This document shows positions 53,791 to 64,000 of a stretch of DNA of 64,000 nucleotides, in pieces. Numbering within the stretch: the stretch's first letter is position 1; every line of letters begins with the position of its first letter. Below the pieces are notes generated by a model, which saw only the letters and a program-made list of their open reading frames with translations, did no database searches and was not told the origin of the DNA. Where the stretch lies: assembly GCF_001194135.2 (NCBI RefSeq), contig NC_068985.1, forward strand, positions 72,241,831 to 72,305,830, given 5' to 3'. Made by a program: the position numbers and the translations under genes. The stretch is from Octopus bimaculoides. Its lineage: Eukaryota.

Positions 53791-55412
53791 ATGCAAGTAT
53801 AGATAGGTACATATATTGAAAGATATAGATAGATAGAAAAATGGATAGATGGTATTGTATATAATGTGAGAAATTTAATTTAAAAAAAATTTCGGGGTTA
53901 AATTTGATGGGTAGCATTATACTTGAGTGTTAAAAAAATGGTAAAAGGGTAAACTCTATTACTGACATTTTAGGTACAAAAATTGGGTGTGGCAATGTGT
54001 GTGTGTCTGTGTGTGTACGTGCACACACATACACACACACAAACATATATGAATGTATCTGTGCATGTACACACTCATATAAACACATTTTCCATTACCT
54101 GCATATTTTCTCCTTGCAGTAAATTATATTATTGAAATGTAAATTGATAGACCATTTTAGGTCTATGTTTTAACATATGTCAAGTTAAATCCCACTGAGA
54201 TTTGAATTCATCCTTCTGGAGTCGTTAAAATAAAATATCACTCAAATCCCGGGATCAATATATTTAGCTGTTTCTTTGTGCCTACATAAGAAATCATCAT
54301 CATCATCACTACCATCATCATCATCATCATTATTATTATACAGTGGTGGTTGGGTGGTAAATATAATGGAGTGCTCAACATCTCAAAATGTTCTGATTTC
54401 AAATTTCACCAAGTCAGTTCTGCTTTCATCCTTTTGAGATGAATAAAATAAATGCCACTCAAACATTAAAGTCAAATTAACTGTCGACACCCACTCCACA
54501 TCTAATAATAATAATAAAAAAATAAAGTCGTTGACTTATGCCTATATTAGAAATTGTTATTGTAATTGTCACTGTTAAATAATAGTATTAGAATATAAGC
54601 TTTAAATCTTAACCTTGTACCATGTTTACTCTTTTCCCTTTTTCTGAAAATGTTACAATATTTAAAACATTTCTAATACTTATAAATTACTTTAGAAATC
54701 TTGAAGCCAGCTTAATGCCTTTTTAAAGAGGCTAAGGTTTTTAAGTCAAATTGGAATTATTTTATGTCTTGCAAGTATATTTAGTTCATTGGGTTCAAGT
54801 AAGCAAATATGTATGGACTGAATTTAGAAGACTAATTTGGGTAAGTTTCATTGTGGGTCTATTGTTTCCATGTTAAACTGAAGAAAGCAATTTATAGGCA
54901 GTGAATTGTTAGTGTCAGCATGTCCTGCAGTATTTGGTTTTGCTCTGCATTCAAATTCCAGCTCCTATTTTAAATCATATGTAAAACATTTATTCACAGG
55001 ATATTAATATTATCACAGACTATGTTAGTTTTTATTAATACGTTTATATTTTATTGCTTTACATTTATTTATCCTTGTCTTTTTTTTTTTCGGTTTCTTT
55101 GAATAATTGTTTTTTTTTACAGCTGGCTGACCTTTCTATTCTTATGATTCAACTGAACTAGAAATGGTGCCTCTGGCTTTTATTTTGTCTAGCAAATTGG
55201 ACTTAGCAAAGCTAGATGCCTTACTCAAAATATAAACAATAGATGGAGTAAAATCTGAGTTTATGATTCAACCCTTACAAAAGAATGAAAACTATCAAAT
55301 AACTAACATTGAATATTATTCATTGTAATTCACAATGTGTTTTGAATTGTTTATATTTTTTCTGTCTCTGATTGAAAATTATCAGTTTTATCCTTTCTAT
55401 TTTGATCTGTAG

Positions 55413-55599
55413 GGTTCCCAGAGTGCATTTCGACCAATCAATCAAGGATATGGTCATCATGGTGGGAGTGGATCAAGTGATAGTTGCTTGAAACCAGACA
55501 TGGGAAGTAGTGACACTGATAATAGTAGACCAAATACAGACATCCTTATGGATCACGAGATAGCCAGTCCTGGTAGTGACAGCGGAAGTTATACAGCAG
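55413..55599 (+). CDS. robo: Roundabout (Robo) receptor, cytoplasmic-tail internal exon (187 nt, phase 0 to phase 1)
   Basis: Acceptor ...tttgatctgtAG| and donor CAG|GTTAGT. Reads GSQSAFRPINQGYGHHGGSGSSDSCLKPDMGSSDTDNSRPNTDILMDHEIASPGSDSGSYTA. The trailing G joins AT of the next exon to give Asp, in frame with the CC2 exon. Confidence 0.85.
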
Positions 55600-55708
55600 G
55601 TTAGTCAATTCGCTAAAACTTAAAATGTCAAGAACTGTTTTATTACAGAAAAAAATGAGATATGAGAATGTAGTTATTGTCATTAAGCCAAAATTACTTT
55701 TTATGTGT

Positions 55709-55922
55709 AAGGCAGCAAGCTGGCAGAATCATTAGCACACTAGGCAAAATGCTTAGTGACATTTCATTCATTTTTATGGTCTGAGTTCAAATTTCACTGA
55801 GGCCAACTTTGCCTTTCATCTTCTTGAGGTCAATAAAATAAGTACCAGTTGAACACTGGGGGTCAATGTAATCAATTTACCCCTCCTCCAAAATTTCTGG
55901 CTTTGTGCCAGAATCTGAAACT
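55709..55922 (+). mobile_element. SINE family A copy in the Robo intron
   Basis: Same consensus as 349-570. Confidence 0.75.
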
Positions 55923-56399
55923 AAATTATTTAGTATGTGATACTGCTGAAACATAGAATAAAGTAAAGATTTTTTGTTTTTAATCTGCATGAAACACTGT
56001 TTAAAAAAATATAAACAAACATTTATAGTTCAATCACAATTAATCCAACACTAAAAGAAATAGAATTTAAATTTCGTTATTAGGACTATAAATCAGATGT
56101 AGGCAATCCTGTATTGATTTATTTATTGACTTTGATTTATGAGATATTGCTCATCATAAAACATATTACTCAAAACAATAAATCATTAAGCAGTGTATGT
56201 AGGACAGAAATACTCTATAGTGCAGTGAAAAAATTACAATTTGATTGACAAAAATCATGACTAAATGTGGAAGAAAAAGAAAACAATTATTCAAATTAAC
56301 AAAGTCAGGTCTTAAGACTATGTTGCAAAATTTTACTAAAACTTTTGATATTACCATACAAAAAAAACCTGTAAAGACACTTCAAGCTAAGTAAATATG

Positions 56400-56715
56400 T
56401 GGTCATACTTGCATACAGGCATGTCCCCTGCATTCTGCCTTAGCTGAGCATTCCTAATCTTGTGGGCATGTTACCAGTTTCACATAACGTTACCAGTTTC
56501 ACATAACGTTACCAGTTTCACATAAAAGCACACATGCCAGTGCTGCATAAAAACACCAAGTACACTCTGTAAAGTGATTGGCATTAAGAAGGGCATCCAG
56601 CCATAGAAACCATGCCGAAACAGACATGGAGCCTGGGCAGCTCTCCAGCTGTCAAACTCCTGTCAAACCATCCAACCCATGCCAGCATGGAAAACAGACG
56701 TTAGATAAAGATGAC
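56400..56715 (+). mobile_element. SINE family C copy, + orientation, with internal 3x20-bp tandem (GTTACCAGTTTCACATAAC..)
   Basis: aagaagggcatccagccatagaaacc...ccatccaacccatgccagcatggaaaacagacgttag is the reverse complement of the 52395 copy. Confidence 0.75.
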
Positions 56716-57139
56716 TGTGTGCTGCAGGTTGCCCATAAGAAAGATAAAAAAGAGAAATTTAGTTCTATTAAGTCATTATTTTATGACTTGAACAAGTTAG
56801 TCAAAGATCATCACTTTCATTGTCAAGATATTGATGAAAAGATTTTGTGATTGATTCCCAAGTTCTTAAACACCATAAATTTAAGAATGTCCTAAACTTA
56901 AGAATGTTTTAGATATGCCATAACAAAACTTTTCCTACATCTTAACATCTTACTTCATGTAGGATATTTCATACTATTCTTTTAATAACATACATCAATT
57001 TTCTCCACTTGCTCTGGCTATTGACCCTACCCTAGTTTTTCCCTACATTTGTTATCTTTAGGACTGAGAAAATAATCAAACATAATTTTTGTACTATTTC
57101 CATTATATATTTTTCTTATATTTATCTTTTTTATTTTTT

Positions 57140-57520
57140 ACTTGTTTCAATTATTAGACTGTGGCCATGCTGGGGCACTGCCTTGAAGAATTTCAGTCAA
57201 GCAAATCAACCCCAGTACTTTTTTTTTAAAGCCTGATACTTATTCACCGGTCTCTTTTGCTGAACTGCGAAACTACAGGGACTTAAACACACCAGCACTG
57301 GTTGTCAAATGGTGGTGCAGAACAAACAAACACACACACACACACACACATATATATATGACAGGCTTCTTTCAATTTCCATAAGCCAAATCAACCAACA
57401 AGGCTTTGTTGACCTGAGGCTATAGTAAAAAACACTTGCCTGAGGTGCTACACAGTGGGACTGAACCCAGAACTATGTGGTTTGGAAGCAAGTTTCTTAC
57501 CACACAGCTACACCTGCACC
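57140..57520 (-). mobile_element. SINE family B copy in the Robo intron
   Basis: gactgtggccatgctggggcac...(CA)n(TA)n...acaggcttctttcaatttcc...gggactgaacccagaac matches 36020-36530. Confidence 0.78.
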
Positions 57521-57674
57521 TATGTTGTATAATTTTTTTGTTATTTCACTGTTTTTCAGCCTATTTATATACCATTATATTATTTCCAATTTTGTTTTAC
57601 AAATGTTTGTTCTTGCATGAGAATTCCTATATAGTGATTCGATGATTTTTTTTTTTTTTTAAACTTTATTTCAG

Positions 57675-58368
57675 ATGAAACTGGTATGCCAATTAAAAGA
57701 GGTAGACGTCTATATAAAACTTGTGGTAATATTGGAAAACAGCCATTAGTAAACTGGGCAGAATTACTGCCACCTCCCCCTGAGCATCCTCCTCCTTGTG
57801 AAATGATATCGCCGGATTCACCAATGGGCACACTCCATCGCAACATCCAGACTATGAATGGCGGGGGCCCTATATCACCCGTCTCCAAAATCTCGGCATG
57901 TTCGTGTCCCATTCAGTACAGTCAAGGAGGTCTGTATGGAAGAAACAACCCTTATTCAGATTCCGAGCAAAATAAATACGCTAAAATTCGGGAGAATCAT
58001 CCATGTTCTGCGAAAACACTTAACCAACTACGAACTCAGTCTCCCTGTGGTGACATGAGAACATACTCTCCTCGTACAGTCAATTGTATGCAGCACAATT
58101 GCATGGGTCATGCCCCACGATGCTGTCATAGTGACTGTGAACAAAGCATTTATGGTCCGTCTCTCAAAGGTTATCGCCTACCTTCAGAAGGCGAAGGAGA
58201 TTACCGTTATATTAGCAGTGATCCCGAGCGTGGTCCTACACCTCCGATCAGGATGCACTCTTCAAATATGATGGATTTGGCTGATGGACCCCACATGGAC
58301 AGAGCATGCCAATCTTCTTTACCAAGTTTGGCAAATGAACGTATGCAATCACCTCTCTATCCAGCAAG
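57675..58368 (+). CDS. robo: Robo cytoplasmic exon containing the CC2 proline-rich (Ena/VASP EVH1-binding) motif
   Basis: Long T tract then tttcAG|ATGAAACT; donor AAG|GTAAGT. Open frame (D)ETGMPIKRGRR...VNWAELLPPPPEHPPPCEM...SPLYPA(R). NWAELLPPPPEHPPP matches the Robo CC2 consensus (vertebrate ROBO1 NWADLLPPPPAHPPP). Elevated GC and CpG content versus flanks. Confidence 0.93.
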
Positions 58369-59549
58369 GTAAGTTTTCTTGTTGCCTTGATTTATTCTGT
58401 TTGTGATATCAATTGTATTTGAATCAGATGTTTTTGATTTCCAGGCAATTGTGATGTTATTTTTCCTTTCAAATTATTCCTCTTCACTATATTAGAAAAC
58501 ATGAATAGAGGAAATAGACTATATATATTACCTACATTTCTCTTTTTTTTTTTTAAACCTGATACCATCTTAGCATTCTCATTAATCTTATTTTATCATT
58601 TAGAAATACTAACTGAAAAATTATTTAAAGTCTAAAAAATGACGTCATTGATAAGAATTTTTTTCCTCCCTATGTACTTCTCTACTGTAGTTTATAAAGC
58701 ACTTAATGCAGCTAATAAAACTCTTTCCATGAAGCCTTTCTATGAAATAAAGTTTATAATGTGCATGAAGAGGGAAAGAAGAAAATAAAATAACAATGAG
58801 TCGTGATAAAGACAATGGTGTGAACCATTTTGTGTTAACAACTATTGTTAAAAGACCTTTTTTTTCTCCTTTTTTGTTTTATCATTTATCTTTTTCTCAT
58901 TAAATACTTAATGGCAAACTCTGTAAATGTTACACAGTCGGTCAAATTAGTTCTTACTTTATATTTGCCTGTCTCTTCTTCCACACCAATGAGCAAGCTG
59001 CTCCACTTGTTGGTTTCTAAAGTACTTTCTGCTTGATTTACAGAACAAGTTATTTAGAGAGAGAGAGAGTGAGAGAGAAAACTGGAGGTGAGATGTAAAT
59101 GAGAAGATATGTAAATGAATGACAGATAGAGTGAATGATGAGAATAGATTAAGGTAGTTCTATGAAAATCCCTGAGTGGGAAGAGAATGATTTTACAGAC
59201 TAAAAGGTAAGCTAAACTGATGAAGACTCAATTTTGAAAATGTTTCACAGAAGGAAAGTAAACCTCCTATATGAACTATGGTAAGTATTGTAGTACTAAT
59301 AGTAGAAATTGCTAGAACAGTATTAGTAAATGTACTGTTTTTAGTAATTTCATTTTAGTAGTAGTAGTAGCAGTTGTAGAAGTAGTAATAGTAGTATTGC
59401 TTTTATTTTTGTTTATTAGCTTCAGTATGTGTTGTTCTATTAATCTTTTTTTTCATCTTGTCACATTTTATTTGAAATTCTGATAACTGAAGTCTAGATA
59501 CTGATGTTATCAGGTATAATTCCCATTGTCTCTTATCTTCTTCTTACAG

Positions 59550-59823
59550 ACTGGAGGTGACGGCTAGTGGTCCACATCTGAATATTGACTTTGAAGGCTT
59601 TTCTCAGAATCCAGACTCGCCGGTATCTGAGATCCCAGATTATGCCGGTGAGTCTGATTTGGACGATGTCCATCTCGATTTTGGATCCCCCCTTACTGAT
59701 GGGGGAGATAGCAGTACTGAGGTTCAAAATGATGGCTTTGGAAATGTGACAGGTATTTCCGTGACTGTTCCAGACATTCAGACTGATAACCTATCTTTCC
59801 CTTATACTGCTTTTACCTCCTGA
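59550..59823 (+). CDS. robo: Robo downstream cytoplasmic exon; terminal if read to TGA 59821-59823, internal if donor after 59752 is used
   Basis: Acceptor tcttatcttcttcttacAG|A completes the AG+A Arg codon from the previous exon. Reads LEVTASGPHLNIDFEGFSQNPDSPVSEIPDYAGESDLDDVHLDFGSPLTDGGDSSTEVQNDGFGNVT(GISVTVPDIQTDNLSFPYTAFTS*). Confidence 0.8.
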
Positions 59824-59957
59824 AACAATAACACACCTGGATTAGCCCTCTTTTCTTTTCTACCCATAAAATACCCATCTAAACCCTCAAAAATGCTTGC
59901 TCTTTTTTTCACTCACATCATCAACAGTCTTACTACTTGGAATGAGGCATTGCATTT

Positions 59958-59977
59958 ATTAAAGAAATATAAATAAA
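59958..59977 (+). terminator. Candidate polyadenylation signals (ATTAAA, AATAAA) downstream of Robo stop
   Basis: ATTAAA near 59958 and AATAAA at 59972-59977, ~140-150 nt after the TGA. Such hexamers are common by chance in AT-rich DNA. Confidence 0.3.
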
Positions 59978-60565
59978 TAAAAAGAAGCAAAGACAAATTG
60001 TTTTGAAAGGCATTTTATTTGGTAAAATTTGGGATATATTATGAACTAACTAAGGACATATAAAACTTGAAATAGGTTTTCAGCTAGCATTAACTCAGCT
60101 GATCATGTGACTTTTTCCCTACCACCCCTTCACCCCACATTATTTAAAATTGAAATTACTTCAAAATTATTCTAAAAAAAGAACAAAACAAAAAGGAGAA
60201 TGAAATTAAAAGACAAACGTTAAAGAAAGCCAAAGAAAACAAACAAAATCTACCTGCCCTGCCCCTACCCTTCTCTCACCAGTGGAAATCATTATCAATC
60301 ATATGAAATATGATAGGTTCACATCATGTATGATGACTTTGTCATTTGTTCAAAGTTATGATGTCATAAACACCAGTAACACAGCTCAGCATATAAAGTC
60401 TGCCGTGTAAAGCAATTAATTTCTGATATTCTTGAAAGTGGTTGTCAGTTCCAGACTTAGCATTAGAGCTGTTCTTATATGTCCATATTTAGTCGCAAAT
60501 GTATTCTCAAAATTGCAAGCAAAAGTTCTTTTGATATCGATCTAACAGAAGTGTATCACTCACTC

Positions 60566-60609
<44 letters not shown>

Positions 60610-60670
60610 NNNNNNNNNNNNNNNNNNNNNNNNNNNNNNNNNNNNNNNNNNNNNNNNNNNNNNNNNNNNN

Positions 60671-60713
<43 letters not shown>

Positions 60714-63700
60714 CTACTTTACCACTGCTTACTATTTCTCCTTTGCTTCCATCATTTTCATCCCTTGCATGTTTGACTGCACTAGAAACTAACAACAGCT
60801 ACATTTCACATATTATCATTAGTATTATTATTTCGAATTTTATTTTTTAACTTTTATTATTCTTTTAATTATAACCTACATGAAACATTGAAAATTGTTG
60901 CCAACTCTTTCAAATGAAAATTGGAAAAGAAAAATAGCCAAGAATCAAAGCAAATCAAAAACAATTAAAAAAAAAACAACAGAAAGCACAAGTACACACA
61001 CATACATACACCAAAAAGGAAAAAAAAAGAATTTATTAAAAAAAAAAGAACACAACACTATGCCATTTAACTCCTAACTCACACACTCCCCCCCTCCCAT
61101 CATGTGTGTGAAATCTAAGAATCCAAGTGAACAGATATACTCTGGGGAGGACTGTAAGATCTTAAAAAGGATGAAATACAAAGTTCTGTTATAAAATATT
61201 TCTTCACTCACTCCAGAATTTCAGCTGAGAAATAATTTATGATAAAATCAATACACCACTGCTGTTTCTCTCTCTTATTTTTTTTTTTTCATATATACAT
61301 ATATACATACATACATATATTTATATATCGGTGAGTTATTACATTTTTCAATGAGTTATTACATTTTTTTTTCAGTGAGTTATTACATATTTTCATTTTG
61401 TTTTCTCTTGTTAGTTTTAGTGCTGTTTTATTTTTGTAGTTTATTTATTTGTTTATTTCTATTGTCTTTTTTTTTTTTACTTTTATTTACTACTTACTTC
61501 TTTGAAGACAATTCCCAGAATTAAGTATTTGAAATTCCATGGCAACAACACAGCTTTATAAATATTAATATGCTTTCACACAGAATACCACACTATTATC
61601 ATCTTCTGTTACATTCCTTCACTTTACTTCTCGATTTGTCATCTTTTCATCTTATTTTTCTTTTAATTTTTTCGATATCCTTTTTCCTTTTTTTTGTTTT
61701 CAATAAAAATATGGAATCTGAACTAATTATGTACATTAAGCTCATATACTTATGCACTGACATACACTATACGAGTATGTAAGGTTTGCCTTAACTTCAC
61801 AAACTTTATTTCTTAATTTTAACAATAGCTTTCACGTAGATATCTGTTCAGTCTAATTGATTAATTAATTTCATTGCTGAATCTCTAAACTGAATCCATC
61901 CCACTCCTAATTTTGTTTCTGCGTTCATTTTACTTATATATAGCCTCACGTAGAGATTAAGTGAATGAGTGGATAAGCTATTGGCTTACAATCTCACATG
62001 TTGTAAGCTCAAATCAATTACAGTTGTTCAATTAATTGTCTTTCTAGACAAGACTACTAACCTTATTACTTATTTACAACTTTTTGACACACTTTTCAAT
62101 CCATAGCTGATGAAAGGTCCAACATGTTTAGGTTCTGTCTTCATCATTGCACCTAAACTAACTAAACTGATTTTTATTGATGCAGATCAACACTTTGAGA
62201 TGAAGATTTAGTAAGCACTCCACTACCACCACCACCCGACATAAAAAGCTTCCATATCATAAAGAGAACAAAGCTCTTCAACCAGCTCAAAAAATAAACA
62301 TCAGATGTTGCAAGGACTTTTAGCTTTGTGATATCTAATTAGCATTTTGGAAATAATCACACTGATCTGATTAAGTGGAAAATGTTTCTTATCTTTAGCT
62401 AACATTGTTCACATCATGTTACATTCCACTCTGAAGTAGAGTTCTATGTCAGTCACATCTGTCCCCTATCAGCCTCTTATTTGACTGGTTTAGCTCTCCA
62501 ACCCACTCAAAAAATAGATACCAGATGTGAGAACTTTTACCATTTTAAGACCTCTTTAGTGTAATGTCTTCTTTAGCTAACCCTGTCTTGCTTTATTTAT
62601 AAATTCATTATAAATTATCTTCAGTTAAACAGATTGATATAGACTAATATAATAAAAAAGGAAATTAATATTACAATAGTATATGTATGTTTCTGCAACT
62701 AGATTATATTTAAATGAAAATGTCCCTTCTAAAGTTTTGAATATTTTATCTATTTAACACTGTCAAAGAAACTAGGGAGGCTATCAGTTTCTCTTTAAGT
62801 AGTGTAACTAACTATCCTGGCCTATATTGTTTCAACTACCTTAGTTTATAGCATATTAATTATCCTAGCCAGTGGTGTATTAACATTCTTATCCTATAAT
62901 GTTTTAACTATTTTAGCCTATACCATCTTAACAACTTTAGCCAACAATGTTTTCACTATTTTTAGACTTTAGTATATTAACAATGGTTAGTGCTTTATCA
63001 TTCTTAGCAAGTAGTGTTTTTCAAATCCTAATGTCTTGTCTTTGCTTACAATGTTTTCACAGACATGTTCTATAGGTTTTAACCATCTTGGCCTGTACCG
63101 GTACCAATCTATATCCTGTAGTGTTATACAATCTGTTTTTAATGACTTTGGTATCAGATTGAAATGAACATGTCAAGTGGTTTCTATAGTGTCCAGTTCA
63201 CTTTAAAAACAACCTTCTCAAGGTTAGAACTCTCACAATCACAGGGTTTCTAACTATATGTGAGCAACATATTGTGCAATACTGAGTAGTGTTTCTGGAG
63301 GGGGAACATCATGTTAATACAGGACTGAAACAACTGATTTACTGCTTATCTTATCAAACATGGAAAAATGGATGTAAAATTGATGGTGATAGCTTTTCTA
63401 TGAATAATAATGGCTTTAAACAGTTTTATCCTTTTTGTCCTTACCATTTCTTTTTAGATATTGTATCAGAATTATATTATATAATGTTCCCTTTCTTTTT
63501 CTATGGCAACAGGGTGTAAATAAAGGAAGATTTGGTTGCTATTTCTAGCAGGTCGAACAATCACATAGAGTCTCTCTTGTTTGGTTAGTTTATTTCAGCT
63601 TCACTTTTAAGATATTATTTTGTGAAAATTTTCACATAATTTTAATTAAGTGGAAATGTTATCTAAGTGGAAATGTTAGGGAAATTCCCTTCATGTTTCA

Positions 63701-64000
63701 TATATTCTGAAGTAAAGTCTTGTCTCATCTGTCCCCTATCAACTTTTATAATGCCCTCTCTTTATATATTAATAATTCTTATTTCATTAATATTCTTATA
63801 ATGATTTAGGAAATAGCGTTCTGCATAAATTGTTAAGTAATATTAATTCTGTGATTTCCTTACTCTGGTGTGCCAAATTTACAGTATAATTATTTGCTAT
63901 TTCTTGTTGCTGCCACCTATCTGTCTCTTCCAAATTTGGAGCATTTGTGTTCCAGAAGAGAAGAAAACAGTAATAAGCTTTCTTTAACTAGATTAATTAG

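Noticed and set aside
55123-55171. Strong acceptor just upstream of the Robo exon
   Set aside because: All frames close within ~50 nt with no donor before the stops.
59210-59255. CTGATGA...GAAAATGTT hammerhead-like motif
   Set aside because: Only a 3-bp stem II with a wobble, no stem I and an extra base in stem III; compatible with chance.
62101-62135. CTGATGAAAGGTCCAACATGTT hammerhead-like motif
   Set aside because: The GAAA box and stem II are missing; at most an unrecognisable remnant.

Overview
AT-rich, microsatellite-dense, gapped eukaryotic genomic DNA. The repeat families and Robo sequence suggest a cephalopod, probably Octopus (inference, no search run). The only securely identifiable host gene is the 3' part of a Roundabout (Robo) receptor on the + strand. 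It has three in-phase spliced cytoplasmic-tail exons (55413-55599, 57675-58368, 59550-59823 or -59752), including the CC2 motif NWAELLPPPPEHPPP. The preceding ~55 kb looks intronic or intergenic and is filled with transposable elements: a Penelope-like GIY-YIG 3' end carrying a putative hammerhead ribozyme, RTE and R4/Dong-type non-LTR fragments, a mariner fragment, a near full-length dead Tc1 element, hAT- and piggyBac-type MITEs, and several SINE families. Other features are two decayed hammerhead motifs, a ~150-bp intronic hairpin, a 27-bp minisatellite and several unverified micro-exon candidates on both strands. There are no prokaryotic features, CRISPR arrays, rRNA genes or convincing tRNA genes. 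Most entries in the ORF track are microsatellite or N-gap artefacts.
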